Assembly (NCBI RefSeq): GCF_009914755.1
Contig: NC_060939.1
From: the human T2T-CHM13v2.0 reference genome, Homo sapiens
Length of the DNA: 64,000 bases
Strand: one strand, 5' to 3'
The notes below the pieces were generated by a model that searched no databases, was not told the DNA's origin, and saw only the letters and a program-made list of their open reading frames with translations. This document shows, piece after piece, positions 17,406 to 33,000 of this stretch. The number at the start of each line of letters is the position of its first letter. The first letter of the stretch is position 1. The position numbers were made by a program, and so were the translations under genes.

Positions 17406-18334
17406 TGCTTCCAACACTGACCTTAATCCTGGTTATATTTGCGGTTGTTGTTGTTTGTTGTTGTTGTTTTGTTTTTTCAAACAGAGCTAAAGCAAGCTCA
17501 GTACTCCTGGAGATTTGGAAAGTGTCTTCACCTTGTTTTTGCCCGTTCTCACCTGGGAACCCTGTGGATGCCCCATGAGAGGTAAATCTAAGGCCATTGA
17601 CAGAGGGGCCATGGCCTTGGTCCTGAAGCTGTTGGTCTCAGAAGCTTTAAACCGCTTCACTGTCCTTAACTTATCCTCTCCCTCTGCCTTTGGTTTTCCT
17701 AAGTTCTAGTCCTTGGACAGAGTCTGTGCATTGTCACACTTTTCTCTTTAATCCAGATTGATCATACTGGTGAAGAGGTAATGTCATGGGCAGGGGAGCA
17801 GTATATGTACTGGAAATTGAATTTCAATGTTTTCTTGATGTTTTTTCTCTAGACTGTGCCCTTTACAAGGAGTCTCTAGTGGTACAGCTGATTTTCCTCC
17901 ATCATTCTACTCCCCCCTCCTGGCTGCAGCATCCACATATTATTGTCTTGAACTTGACCCCCAGTTGTTTTATTAATTTTGCCCCTTTTTATGACACAGG
18001 AAGACTAAGATGAAACTGCCTGGGATGGAAAAGAATACCTTCCCCTCACATAGAATAGAGATCTTGAAAAGCATTTTTTCTTTATAGGATCTGTCTGGAG
18101 GAAGTTCTGAGCATATTTATCAGAGAATAGCTCTCCTGATGACAGAGCCATGAGGGAATGTTTGGATTATCATCCTGAGAACCCAGAAGTTTCTGGAGGG
18201 AAATTCCATCAAAGTGTGGGGTGTGCAGCCCCCAGGAGTTCTTACCCTATCCCTGTCCACACCTGTCCACCAGAAATTTACTGAATTACCATGTAACTGT
18301 TCCCACCAGCTTGCACTTTCAACGGAAGAGTCAC

Positions 18335-19040
18335 ACAATTTATAAATTTAGAAAGGAGATTTTACTTCCGATAAATGATTGAAGCTGCAGGACAGCCATC
18401 TTAACAGGCTGGGAAGCAAAGCCTCCCACAGAGACAGTGAGCAGGCACTTCAAGAGAGGGAAAGAGGATAAATGAATTCATGCAAATGGATAAGCCAAGT
18501 GTACACATTCAGCAGACTATAGGAGGATCTATTGATATTCACATAGTGGGCAGGCTCTCATGTCTAATAAGCAAACACACGTTACATGCACTTAGTGTTT
18601 GCTTTGGGGGTGAGGACTTAAGAACTAAATGAATGAAAATTGGGCCCTGTTCATCAAAAGGGCTTTGTGCAGGGGCTGAAAGATACACACTGCACAGTCT
18701 CTGTAAATTGCCAAGACAAGTTCATGGTCAGTGGTCTCTTCTCAGAAGACAGTTACTGAAATCTGTCTCTTGTCCAATCAAAGCTCTATTTATGGCTTGT
18801 GGAACAGGGTCACAGTTACCACATGTTTGGAGTTCCATGAGCTGCAAATGTTTTAATATGCTTACCTCAGAACCAGTGCTTGTTTAGGTGCTACAGAAAA
18901 CAAAAAAGCCCTGTGGAAGTTACAATATAGTCATTTTTTTAAGTGTAGGGGTGAGTGACTTAATCCATGACTTTAGGCCTTGTTTATAATTTGGTATCTT
19001 ATTGCCACAGAACTTTGATCCATCAGTCTGATTATCTCTA
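18335..19040 (-). mobile_element. ERV1 MER4-group LTR (approximate ends)
   Basis: Reverse complement shares TGTTCCACAAGCCATAA..AGCTTTGATTG with the LTR at 41572-42458. Confidence 0.55.
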
Positions 19041-19637
19041 TTTTAATGTCTTTCTAGTTTTGGGGGTCCTGGTTTTCCCTGCAATTTCATTTCTTCAACA
19101 GATTCAAGAAATTATTGATAATCAATTTTCCAGGCTTTTATTATTGTAAGAAAGTGGGTGATGTTTGACATGTTTTTTACATATTGAAGCAGAAACCAGA
19201 AGCAGCTTCAGAGATCACCAGTGACCTGACACAAGCAGCAGGAATCTCATCTCATTAAGTGTAAGTGGCACCACACAGATATAGCTGAACATGCAGGGAC
19301 ACAGAAGACCCATTCCACAGGACACCCCCCAAAATTACAGTGAATCTAATGGAATTATAGAAAAACATACATGATGTGCATCATGACCAAGGTCTCCACT
19401 TCTCATCAAAGGACATTCCTTATGGGATTCACCAGAACTTGCTTTCTTTCCATAGACATGGATATACTGCTAAACACTTAGGGACCTTACCCTCTGGGAA
19501 GGGACATAGTAAATCAGGAGTCACAGAATGTATAGGAAAATATCCGTTTTATGAATCCTCTAAAAAACAGCCCAAATATGAATAGCCCCACCCACTTTTC
19601 CTCTGAACTGGCATCATTCCCAGGAACCCACTTGTAG

Positions 19638-20284
19638 TGTTATACCCAAACGAGTTAGAGAAAATGCAACACTTTGAGACGAATTAAGAGTCCTTTATTT
19701 AAGCTGGCGGCCAAAGAGACAGCTAACGCTCAGAATTCTCTCGGCCCTGAGGAAGGGGCTTGATTAACTTTTATATCTTGGTTTAGGAAGGGGAGGGGAA
19801 CTCAAATACAATAATTCTATAGAAGTAAAAACATGCAAGAATCAAAAGAAGCAAATGGTTACAGAGTGATAAACAATTTAAAAGACAAATGGTTACAAAA
19901 AGCAACAGTACCAGGTGCAGGGCTCTAAATCCTTGATTTGAGTTATATATAGATGCTATGCTGGACACGAACTCAAGGCTTTATGTTGTTATCTCTTTGA
20001 GAAAAATCCTGGTAACTTCATACATTGTTTGTTCCAGTACCTTATCAGTTAATTGGGCTCCTTTGAAATGCTGAGGATCTGTTTACATAGGTTAACTCCT
20101 TGAAGAAGGGGGTTGGATAAGGAGCCTTAATGTCTTGTAAATCAAAAGATCAAATGGAGTTTGTCCGGCTTTCCCAGCCAGGGAGAGTCTATTCATATGG
20201 GAAACGTGGCTGGCAATTAAGGAGACAAAAGAAGGGAAAACTTAAAGTAGCAAGCTAGAGTAAAAAACAAGGTTAGGCATTACA
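19638..20284 (-). mobile_element. ERV1 solo LTR (LTR6/LTR4/LTR30-related)
   Basis: Minus strand TGTAATGCCTAACCTTGTTTT...AATAAAGGACTC...GGTATAACA. Flanks GTAG/GCAG form a 4-bp TSD with one mismatch. Absent from the paralogous unit at ~11800. Confidence 0.8.
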
Positions 20285-20868
20285 GCAGAACCTATGGTGC
20301 TTCAAGATAATTTGGGCTTGGTATGCCAAGAGACCACCAGAAGAGGAAAGAACAAATCTGCCCATGTAAGTTCATCCATTGTAACTTATTGATGACTCTG
20401 GGGCAGGATGGTGACAGTGGGGAAGGCTGTGCATGGTGAAGCAGGGGCACATGAGAACTCTCTGCACCTTCTGTTCAATTTTGCTGTGGTCTTAAAACTA
20501 CTTTTTAATACATTTTATGTAAAAGGAGTGGCAGAGACAATTTGGAGTGCATTTTGGCCAGTTTTTAGGAATCATATTTAGTCTTAGCCATGTTACCAGC
20601 AATCTTGTTCCAAATTATTTATCTATCTGATTTTAAAACCTATGTCTGCACAAGGCCTCCATGGGATTCTTTGCATCAGCCTCACTGATTGCTGTCTTTA
20701 CCACTCTGAATTTTGCATATAGGGTGACAGCTGAAAGAAACATTTCCTATATAGAGTGCATCCATGTTTCTATTACATTCCTCAGTTGCTCAGCTCATTT
20801 TCTAAACAACTTTAAACATTGTAAGCCCTGTAATCTCCTCAAATTCACTGCAGCTGCCTCCTCCCTGG

Positions 20869-20907
20869 GGTTTCTGACACCCTCAGGATGTGGGTTTTCA
20901 CACTGTG
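20869..20907 (-). other. Intact IGHV1-type 23-RSS (CACAGTG-23-TCAGAAACC)
   Basis: Heptamer 20901-20907, nonamer 20869-20877. Confidence 0.93.
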
Positions 20908-21344
<437 letters not shown>

Positions 21345-21439
21345 GGTGAGGAGCTGTGATCTAGGGGATTCTCCCAAGGAGGGGTGTGGTTGTTGTGTGA
21401 TGCTCTCAGGGCACAGAGATATCTATATTCACCTCAGTT

Positions 21440-21447
21440 ATTTGCAT
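21440..21447 (-). promoter_or_regulatory. Ig octamer ATGCAAAT
   Basis: Exact match ~96 bp upstream of the ATG. Confidence 0.9.
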
Positions 21448-22033
21448 ATTCATGAAGGATGCTATTTAATAGCCCAATTCCTGCCCCAGGATGAGAAAGA
21501 GCAAATACATGACACATGGACGACACAATTGTAGAAGCTGAGGGTTCAAGCCGTAATCCTGTTAGAGGCGATGCGACCCCTACACATCCCTGAACTCTGT
21601 GTTGACAGAGCTTCCCCCACTGGAGAACAAGCTCCCCCAGGACACGCACCTCACTTTGAACCCACATTTGACTGTCTCATGGGCAACTTGAATCATTTCT
21701 AGACCTTAATATGTGAATGTGCTATTTTGGGAATGAGTGTGTTTCTCCAAAAATTGCACTTATTTATAAGAAAGGATCTCCTCCAGACCTCCAGCTGCTT
21801 ACTATTAAGATGTCTAGGGGAGTTTGAAATCCTCATTGTAAAAGTGGTTCTCATTACAACATCGAGTTTCATAAATGCTGACAATTAAATAGGGTATTTA
21901 TGTGAACATCAGCAGTCTTTCTGAAATACTTATTTTAGATTTTTTAAAGGAAGTCCCAGGCCCTAAGAGGAACCTCTCCCCAGCCTCCTGCGCTCCTGCT
22001 CTGGGGCGGAAGCCTGTGCTCGGTGTGTCCTGA

Positions 22034-22382
22034 GCGCCCCCTGCAGCCCCGCCCCGCCCCTGCAGGGAGGTTCCTGTCTGAGCTCACAGAGTATATTCCT
22101 ACCAGTGTCTCCAGCCAAGTATAAAGTGGCTGTGCCCTGGCTCAGAATTCTCCTTTAGTGACAGCCTGTGCTTCTCACACCATTTTTTGAAATAGTGAAT
22201 TGGCCTTAGGAAACCCAGAGAACTTTGCAGAGAGACCCCAAGTAAGATCTCATGCATCACCAGGGAGACCTTTCCTGGAGCTCAAGAGGCACTGAATCAT
22301 TGGACACACGGTGAATCCAAAAAGTCTTCAGGGGTTTGGGGGGGCTCTTATTTCCTTTAGGGTCCTGAAGTTGATTATTGCA
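22034..22382 (-). pseudogene. Highly decayed IGHV relic with RSS-like end and CTCF motif
   Basis: Minus strand: TGC AAT AAT CAA CTT CAG GAC, GGATTCACC (CDR1-like), GCTCCAGGAAAGG (FR2), GGCCAATTCACTATTTCA (FR3 GRFTIS-like), GGCACAGCCACTTTATAC, then CACTGGT-23-ACAGGAACC. Confidence 0.68.
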
Positions 22383-22441
22383 CCTGAGAACACTGGCAGG
22401 TGCAGGTTGATAGAAGCCCACTCCAACTCTACTATTCAACT

Positions 22442-22475
<34 letters not shown>

Positions 22476-25439
22476 ATGGCTAATTTTCACATTAATGGGC
22501 CCTATGTTTACCCTATTTTTCTGGTATCCGTGTTAAGGAAAGCACTCCCTACACTGGCACTAAGGCTGCATATGTGTCTACTTTCTGCAAATAGAAGTAA
22601 AGATATCAGAATGCAAGTGGACACTTCGGAAGTACATGCGCATTGAATTAATTTTTTTCACTTTGGAACCATGCAGATGCCACAGGAAAAGTAAATTTGA
22701 GGCCAATGAGGGTGAAATCATTTCCTTTGTGCTGAAGTTCCTGGTATCAGAGGCTTCGAATTCTTCTATTTTCCTTAACATATTTCTCCTATTTCCTCCT
22801 CAGAGTTTGTGCATTGCCACACTCTCGTATTTAATCCATGTTGACTAAACTGGTGAGACGTAATGTGTGGAACACGGAAGCATTACATGTTCTTACAGTT
22901 GAATCTTAATGCTGTGGTGGTCTTCTTCCTCTGGGCTGTGCCCTATACAGGAAGTCTCCAGAGGTGAAGCTGATTTTTGCTCTTTTCTGGCTGGAACATC
23001 ACAGGAAATTTTCCTTAAATTTACATCTATTGGCTAATTTTACCCATTTTCATGATAAAGGAAGGCTGCTAGTATGGGCTTGTAATGGGGATGGATTACC
23101 TTTCCCCACATAGATGAGGATCTAAAAATGCCTTTCCCATGGTTTGTGGGTCTGAAGAAAGTCTGGGTGTATTTATTAGAGATTTGGTTTCCTGGAAATA
23201 GAGCCATGAAGGGATCTATGTGGATTCTCACCCTGAGAACTTGGAGGTTCCTGGAGGAAAGGGCGATAAGAGTATGGGGGTGGGGTTCCCAAGATCTCTC
23301 ACCCTCATGCTAGTCCAGACATGCCTTTTATGTTTATTTAGTTCAGATTTTCATATAACAAACCACACAGCCAGGCTCATTTAAATTCCCCATACTCAGT
23401 CCATATTGGAGCAGGAGCTGAGTATAATAATTACGTTGAACTCAGACAAACCTGGGCCAAATCCAATTTTTCCTATAGCTCAGAGCAGCTTTCCTGACTC
23501 ACTTAATTTGGAGATTATTTCTTCCCTGAAAGAACTGTAAGGGTTGCTGTGGAGCCTCTGTGGGTTTGGAATTTTTTGCATCAGCCTATCCTGTAGGGTA
23601 TTCTGTACAATGTAGACCTTTATACTTAGATGGTAATTATTCCTAATGGCATGGAAATAGCTGGCAGCCCTCAATCCTGTTTCTTTCTTCTGTTCACCTG
23701 AATGTTTACAAGAATCCCATGAACCTCAGGACTCCCCTTCATGGATGACTCTGAAGATTGTAGACTCAGTGCTACAGACAGAGAGAGCTAAGGGAGGATA
23801 CTCAGTTCACTGATATGTTGGGCCAGCAACATAGGATACATCCAAGAATGAATCACCTTTGTCAATGCCAATAAATAATAAATTCAAGAGTCATGACTTT
23901 CAGTATATCAGAGTTAAAATTTTCATGATTCTTGACAATGAGGCTCAAACTTGATGGTTTGCAGAAGAAATGAGCTCATCATTGTTAGAAAGAAGCCTTT
24001 TCCTAGGAAGCCAGTCTTTTAAACTAAAGTGCCAGAGAGTTTAGTTTCACAATAGATAAATTGTGAAAATTTATCTATTGGAGAAAAATAAAATCAGGAA
24101 AACTGGTCTCAAATAATTGAAAGAAAGCTTATAAGAAATTTTTATTAACACAGCCATGAAACTCCAGTTAGTCAAATTTTTTGGTTCATTTGTTACAACT
24201 CAAGAAGCAATTCAGAAGTCTACACAATTGGAAGCCTACTCCAACAGAGATAATTTTTCCTGATGTGAAAAACAGACCAGTATTTATAAAGAAAGAGTTC
24301 CCCATGAGATCTACAACTTACACAGATTTCTGTAACCTGAAGAAGTTTTGCTAAAAGGATTATCCTCTAGATATCTATGTATGCAAAAATATATTGCATA
24401 TATTTGTATAAGATTAATCTGTACCAGCCCTTGGCACATTAAACAAACTTCATGTAGACATGATAACTTTATCACTTACTGTGCACTCACACTTTACTGG
24501 TTTCAGAAGTTCATCACCCTTGTGAGGCAGCAATAAGTTCCTTTGAGAATATGCTGTTGCTTCAAGTGAACATGTTCTAGATCCTCACTTGACTTCATCA
24601 TTTCATATTGAGTGTAGGTGGGTCTATGACTGAAAACCCAACATTTTTATGCAACAGATTCTCCTCTTATGAGATCATCCTGAAACCTGCCAACAGCCTC
24701 CATCATGTATGCTTCCAATGTTTTGCTTTTAGGAAATAAGAGGTAAATTCATAATCCATCCAAGCTTTAAGGTGAGAATCCTTCCTGGCCTTCCATCATA
24801 TTTAGTAGAAACTCTCATTGAGAGCCATAAGCAAATGCTGTTTATGGATCATAACTCAAAACCAAAACTGTTTTTCATAATGGCTATACCATTCTACATT
24901 TCCACAATTATGGAAAGCAACATAAAGCCTCCTAAATGAATTAAAACTGGAGATTTTATATGACCAGAAATCCTGTTTCTGGGAGCATACCCAAGTAGAT
25001 GAAATTACCACCTTGTAAAGATATCTGCATCCTATGTTTATTGAAACACTATTAATAACAGCCAAGATATGGAAACTATCTGATGGTCAGCACATAGACA
25101 AATGAATAAAGACAATGTGGTATGTGTATACAATATAATACGGTTTAATGTTATAAAAGAAAGATGCTGCCATTTGCCACAACGGATCAATTTCCATAGC
25201 TACTAACAGTGCACACCATCCACTATAGCACTCCCTAGGGGATGGCAGATCCTTATTCAGTAGTAACCACTGGCTGTGGTGGGAAGGCAATTTTACGTAC
25301 TGTTGAATTTTTCAGCATAAGACATCGATGTCTTAAAATATTCTGCGGTGTCTGCATGTGATAAAGTGGAGTCTAATATTGGAGGCAAAATTAAAAGTGC
25401 ATGAGTCTTCTAGACACCAAGTCATAGAATGATCCTGGC

Positions 25440-25947
25440 TGTGTCCTTGAGGGAGTGGACCATATGTAATAGCATTTGGATTGGGGATTGGTGCATTTCC
25501 AGTTGTACGAATAAAGTTGTATTATATTAGGTGTAATTATGACTTTATTATTGTCTTTATTTGAAGATTATATATAATCTCAGGAGATGTGTATGGTTTC
25601 AAGTTGACAGGGTGGACTCGTAATGCTAAATACTGATTAGCATTGATTAGATTGCAGGGTGCAAAGTATTGATCCCGGGTGGGTCTGTGAGGGTGTTGCC
25701 AAAGGAGATTAACCTTTGAGCCAGTGGGCTGAAAAAGGGAGACACACTCTTAATCTGGGTGGTGCAATCTAATTAGCTGCCAGTGTGGCCAGAGGAAAAA
25801 AAAAAAAAGAAAAACAGAAGAACATGAAAAGATTAGACTGGCTAAGTTCTTCAGCTTTGGGACTCGGACTGCCTTCCATGCTCCTCAGCTTGCAGATGGC
25901 CTATTGTGGGACCTTGTGATCATATGAGTTAATACTCCTTAATAAAC

Positions 25948-25990
<43 letters not shown>

Positions 25991-26048
25991 CGTGTGTGTA
26001 TATATATCCTGTTTGTTCTGCCCCTCTAGGGAACCCTGACTAATACAG
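25440..26048 (+). mobile_element. HERVL internal 3' end plus MLT2A LTR (~25620-26048) containing (GT)n
   Basis: CAAGTTGACAGGGTGGAC PPT-like junction, GTCTGTGAGGGTGTTGCCAAAGGAGATTAAC, and end GAACCCTGACTAATACA. Confidence 0.8.
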
Positions 26049-26638
26049 TCTTACTTGAAAAGAAATTTTTTTAAAAATAGGTGATTAGGAATTCCAGGAT
26101 GGAATGCAGATAATATAGAAAATGTCTAATTCCATTACAAATGTATGAATTCAAAAGAGGTACTAAGTAGATTCAGAAATGGTGTAGGCAATAAGATTAA
26201 AGAAAAAAGAAACTGCACATCAGCATTGTACCCCAATTGATGATGTTCCACAAAAGAGCACAACTTACACATCTGGTTACACTCCACAGGAATCTTGGAA
26301 TTGGACTACAAAGAGAATGGACGGTGTGTGGGGAAATGGGGTTCCTCATGGTTGGAGTGCAAGGTTAGTGACAGGCATAGAAGGAATGTGATAAACATTC
26401 ATGTGGTATTAACTTAGAGTGGACATGTCATTTTATTTGCAAGTTTAGCATAATATAGGTACATATATTAGATAAAAATAGTTTAGATGTGTGTGCATAT
26501 ATGGGTTAATACACAACACACACTTCCTAGATTTTTTTACCTGAGAATTTCTACAAGAAATGAGTGCACATTAACAAAAAATACACCCAGAATCAAGATT
26601 TGAGTTTTTAATACTATTCTTCTATAAAAGAAACCAGT

Positions 26639-26903
26639 GACAGGGGGCAGTGGCTAACACCTGTAATTCCAGCAATTTAGGAGGCTGAGGTGGGCAGATC
26701 ATTTGAGGTCAGGAGTTTGAGACCGGCCTGGCCCACATAGCGAAACCCCGTCTCTACTAAAAATACAAAAAGTAGCCAGGCATAGTGGCGCATGCCTGTA
26801 ATCCCAGCTACTTGGGAGGCTGAGACAGGAGAATCGCTTGAACCCAGGAGGTGGAGGTTGCAGTGAGCCTGGACCCTGTCTCAAAAAAAAAAAAAAAAAA
26901 AAA
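26639..26903 (+). mobile_element. AluS with internal deletion in the right arm
   Basis: Alu body, poly(A), and AAAAG(A/G)AACCAG flanking duplication. Confidence 0.88.
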
Positions 26904-27089
26904 GGAACCAGCATGTCTTTGAGAAATGGCTAATGCTAGGGCTTTGGAAGAGAATATAGGGATTAGTCTACAATTTCTAATCGTACCAGAAAATGAGAAA
27001 GGGTCTCAAAACAGATAATTGCTCCTTTTGCATTTTTCTTGTTTGTTGATAAATCTAGCTAACAGTGTAACAGTTCTGTTCATGTTTTA

Positions 27090-30000
27090 TTTCTGTTTTT
27101 TTTCCGTAGAATCAGGGTGTACATGTGCAATTTTGTAACATGAATATATTTCATAAAGGTGAGGTTTGGGCTTCTGGTGTAACTATCGCCCACTAGTGAA
27201 CATTGGAGCCAGTAGGTGATTTTTTAACCCTCACATTCCTCTCACCTTGCCCTCTTTTGCAGTTCCCAGTGCCTATTGTTTTTTATCTATGTATATGTGT
27301 ACCCATTATTTACTTTCCGATTATAAAAGAGAAGATCTTTTTGAGTTATTTTATTTAGGCTAATGTCCTACAACTCTTCATGTTGCTGTGAAAGACACAA
27401 TTTCAATTTTTATGGCTGCATAGTATTCCACAATTTACATCTATCATATTTTATCTATCTAATCATCCACTGATTGACACTTAGATTACTTGACTTTTCT
27501 ATTGAAAATAGTGTTGCAGTAAATATAGGAATGCAGGTGACTTTTTCTGATGTAAAATTTCCTTTTGGGAGGAATATACCCACTGGGAGGGATTACTGGG
27601 TCAAATGGTAATTCTAATATTAGTTCTTTGAGAAACTTCTGTATTGTTTTTCATAGAGGTTGTACTAATTTATATTTTCACCAAGCATATAAAAAGCATT
27701 ATTTTTCCTATGCTTCTCTGCAAACACCTGCTGTTTTTTATTTGTAATAACAGCCATTGTGACTGGTGGAAGATGCTATATCATGTCGTTTGTAATTTAC
27801 ATTTATCAGATGATTGGTGATGCTGAGTATGTTTTCTTATTTGTTTTGGCCATGTCTGTGTCTTCTTTTGAGAAATGTCTGGTTTTTGCTCACTCTTTAA
27901 TGAAATTGTTATTTCTTGTTGACTGATTTGAGTTCCTTGTAGATTCTATGTATTAGCCCTTTGATGAATAGATTGCAAATTTTTTTTTTTTACTGTTCAC
28001 AGGTTGTCTTTTCACTATGTTGGTTATTTCTTTTGCTGTGCAGACAATCTTTGTTTCAATTAATCCTGTTTGTCTAATTTTGTTTTCATTGCATTTGCTT
28101 TTGAAGTCAGTCTTAGTCATATTTTATTTGCTTAGGCGAATGTCTAGAGGATTTTTTTAGATTTTCTTCAAGCATTTTTATGAGTTTATAAATTTAAACA
28201 TTGAATCCAATTCAGTTAATTTGTGTCTGTGATGATATAGAAGTCTCATTTTATTCGTCTACATAAGGCTATCCAATTCTCCCAGCACTACTTATTGAAC
28301 AGAGAGTTGTTTCTCCAGTGTATATTTTTGTCAGTTTTGTCAAAGAACTGTTGGTTGTAGATATTTGGCTATATGTCTGGGCTCTTGATTTTTTTCTACC
28401 ACTACCATGCTGCCTTTCTTATTATATTTGTGTTGTGTAGTTTGAAGTCAGGGAATGTGGTACTTCCAGCTTTGTTCTTTTTGCTTAAGATTGCTTTTGC
28501 TATTCAGACTCTTTTTTGGTTCTATATGAATTTTAGGATTTTTAAAAATATGTAATCAATTATATTAGTTACTTGATATAAATTGCATGGACTCTGTATA
28601 TTGCTTTGAGCAGTGTATTAGTCTATTTTACATTGGTATAGATTAATACCTGAGGCCAAGTGATTTACAAAGACAAGAGGATTATTTGGCTTACAGATCT
28701 GCAGGTTGTGTGAGAAGCATGGCACCAGCATCCGCTTCTTGTGAGGGCCTCAGGAAGCTTACAGTCATGGTGGAATGCAAAGGGGGAGGAGGCTGTGTCA
28801 TATGGTGAGGAGGGGGGACATGAGAGGGTAGGAGGGTTGCCAGACTCTTTTGAACAATCAAATCTCACAGTAGCTAATACAGCAAGAATTCACTAATTAC
28901 CATGGGGTGGATGCCAACCCAGTCCTGAAAAATCTCCTCATGACCCAAAACCATCCAGTTGGCCCCACCTCCAACATTGTGGGTCACATTTCACCATGAC
29001 ATTTGGAGGGTAAAACCCTTAAATGATATCATTGCACTCTCGGACCCAAAGTTCTCATATTCTTCTTACATTGCAAAATATAATCACCTTTTTTTCAATA
29101 GTTCCCAAAATGTTAACTTGATCAACCTCCAACTCAAATGTCCAAAGTCTCATCTGAGTCTTAAGGCAATTTCCCTCCAGCTGTGAGCTTGCAAGTTTAA
29201 AAAATGAAAGTTGTTTACTTCCAAGGTGCAATGATGGTGCAGGCATTGGGTAAATAATTCCAACCCCAAAGGGATAAATTGGCCAAAGGAACAACCAACA
29301 GGCCCCACATGCATATAAAACCCAGCACTGCAGATATTAAATCCTAATGCTACAAAATAATCTCTCTTGACTTTATGTACTTCAACCAGGGCACACTGGA
29401 ACAAGGATTGGGTCCCCAAAACCGCAGGCAGACAATCCCTATAGTTTGCTAGGCACAGACCATGGGGCTGCCTTCACAAGTGAGAGTCAAGTGCTGGAAG
29501 CTTTTCTAGGCTGAGGGTGCAAGTTGCCCATGGCCCTACCATTCTGGGGTCTTGAGGGTTGTGGTCACATTCCCACAACTTTACTATGAAGCACCCTAGT
29601 GGGGACTCTGAATGGGGGCTCCAACTCCATCTCTCCCCATCTTTGGTGCTGCCCTAGTAGAGGCTGTCAGTGGTGGCTCCACTCCTGCACCAGGCTTCTT
29701 CCTGGGCATGCAGGGCTCTCTACACATCTGAAATCTAGGTAGAAGTTGCACAGGCTCCTTCACTCTTGCATTCTGCATATCTGCCAGAATCCAGTTATCC
29801 CAGCACCATTTACTGAATACAGAGTTTTTTCCCCATTGCTTGTTTTTGTCAGCCTTGTCAAAGATCAACTGGTTGCAGGTGTGCAACTTTATTTCTGTTT
29901 TCTATTTTGATCTATTTTTTTTTGCGTGTCTGCTCTCATACCAGTGCCAAGATGTGTTTGTTAGCAAGACTTTATGGTGTAGTTTAAGGTCAGTATCATG

Positions 30001-33000
30001 ATGCCTCTAGCATTGTTCTTTATGCTTAGGATTGCTTTGACTATTCAGGGTCTTTTTTGGTTCCATATAAATTTTAGAATGTTTTTTTTTCTAATTCTGT
30101 GAATAATGATGATGATAGTTTTATGTAAATAGCATTGAATCTGTGAATTCCTTTGGGCAGTATGACAATTTTTACAATATTGGTTCTTCCAATCCATGAG
30201 CATGAAATGTTTTCCCATTTATTTTTGTCATTTATGATTTATTTCTGCTGTGTTTTGTAGTTCTCTTTGTAGGGATTTTTCACCTTGTTTGTTATCTGTG
30301 TTCCCAGGCATTTCATTTTCTTTGTGGATATTGTAAGTTGGATAGGATTGTGTTCTTGATTATACTCTCAGCTTGGATGTGGTTGGGGTATAGAAATGCT
30401 GGTAATTTTTGTCTATCGATTTTGTATCCTAACACTTTACTAACGTTGTTTATTCTACAATTATTTTGGCAGAGTTTTTAGGATTTTCTAGCTATAAAAT
30501 TGTATCATCAGTGAAGACGGATGGATGGACTTCCTTTCCTATTTAGATGCTGTCTTAGTCCATTCTCACACTGTAAAGAAACAACTGAGACTGGGTAATT
30601 TATAAAGACAAGTGTTTTAATTGGCTCATTTAATATGATGTTGACTGGGGGTTTGTCATAGATAGCTCTTATTATTCTGAGGTATGATTCTTTGATGTCT
30701 AGTCTGTTTAGGGTTTTTGTCATGAGTGGATGTTGGATCCTATCAGAAGCTTTCTCAGCATCTATTGACATAATCATATGGTTTTTGCATTTATTCTGTT
30801 TACATTGTGAATCACAGTTACTGTGGATATTGAATGAGCCTTGCGTCCCAGGGGCAATGCCCACTTAACCATGATGTATCACATTTTGAAGTGCTTCTGG
30901 ATTCTATTTGCTAGTATTTTGTTGAGGACTTTCAGGTCTATGTTCATCAGGAATATTCATCTGATATTTTCTTTTGTCATTATGTCTCTTCCTGATTGTG
31001 TGTGCCAAGAACACACAGTAGAGAAAGTACAGTCTTTTCAATAATGGTGTAACAACCAGGCATCCATATGCAAAAGAAATAAAATTAGGCCTTCTCTAAC
31101 TCCATATAAAAATCAACTAATAATGGGTATAATACCTGAAACCATAAACTCATAAATGACATGGAGGAAAAAAAATCTTCCTACCATTGATTCAGAACTG
31201 ATTTCTTTGAATTTAATACCAAAGCACAGGAAAAACTATGCGCAATTATGTATCTGACAAGAAGTTCTATCCAAATGTATAAATAACCCATATACCTCAA
31301 TAGCAAATAACAAATGAACTGATTAAAAAAAGGGCAAAATCCTGGATAGATTTTTTTTTCAGAAGACAAACACATGGCTAACAGAAAATGCAAATGTTCT
31401 CAACATTCCTCATTATCAGGGGAATTCAAATCAAAAGCACAATGCGATATCACCTCACACAAGTTAATATGGCTATCATCAGAAAGGTAAAAGATGACAA
31501 ATGTTGGCAAGAATGTGTGGAAAAGGGAATATTTTGTGGTGGGATTGGTTACTCCATAAGTTGAAAATAAAGCTATCATATAATCTGGTGATCCCACTTC
31601 TTGTTATACATCTAATGGAAATAAAATTATTTTGCCAAAGACATGTTCATTGCCAGATTATAAATAATTGTATAGATTTGTAAAATAACTTAATGACTGT
31701 AAGTGGATGAATGTATAAAGAAAATGTGTATACACAAAACTGAATTTTATTTGGCTTTGAAAAGAAGGAAATTCTGACATTTGCAACAACACGGATGGGC
31801 CTGGAGGACGTGATGCTAAGTGGAATAAGCCAGATGCAGAAAGACAAATGCTGCATGATCTCATTTACGTGTAGGATCTAAACTATCCCAGCTCTTGAAA
31901 GCAGAGAGTAGGATAGTGGGTCTCAGGACCTGAGAGGAGAGGGAAATTGGGTGACGTTGGCCAAAGGGTACAGAGTTTCAGTTGTGCAGGGTGATTGAGT
32001 CCTGGAGGTCTAATATATGGCAATGTTCCTATAGTTAATACTGTATTGTAAAAATGATATTTGCTAAAAGGGTAGATCTTAGGTGTTCTCATGGGACACA
32101 CACACACACGCACACACAGACACACATGCAGTAAAAATAAAAATGGTAGCTCTGTGAGATGATAGATCTACAAATTACCCTACCATCATGAGCATTTTAC
32201 AATGTATATCTGATTTGGTTTGGATCTGTGTCCTGGACCAAATCTCATGTATTATAATCCTCAATCCTGAATGTGGGATTTGGTGGGAGACGACTGGGTC
32301 ATGGGGTGGGTCTTTCATGAATGGTTCAGCAACAACTCCTGGTGCTGTTCTCACTACAGTGCATGGGTTCTTACAAGATCTGGTTGTCTAACAGTGTGTA
32401 GACCTCCCCCGCCACTTCCTGTGGCTCCTGCTCTGGCCATGTGATGTGCCTGCTCCCCTTTGTCTTCTGCCATGATTCTAACTTTGCTGAGTCTCCCCAC
32501 AAGGAGAAGCCACTGCATTTCCTGTACAGCCTGCAGAACTGTGAGCCAATTAAATATCCTTTTCTTAAAATTTCTGAGTCTCAGGCATTTCTTTTTAGCA
32601 CTGTGAGAACAGACCAATAAAACATAAAAACATCAAGTGGAGCACTTTAAATATATACTTTTTAAAAATTTTCTATTATACCTCAATAAAAATGAAAAAA
32701 ATTAAACTTACTCTTATAATAAAGAAATGCATACTTCATATTTTCTCAATAAAAATGAGAGAACATAGAAAAACTTATGTTAAGATATTTGCAACAGCTT
32801 TGCTTACAATATTTATAAACTGGAAACAAATTTAAAGTCCATCAACAGAAAAATAGATCAATATATTGTCATTTATTTACTTAATGGGCTGACTCAGACA
32901 TAAAATCTCTGTCCTTTCTCTCTCTCTGTCTCCATATATACATGAAAACTTTGAGGTTTCATGTCAGAGTCAGTTCATTAATTGAATAAATGACAATATG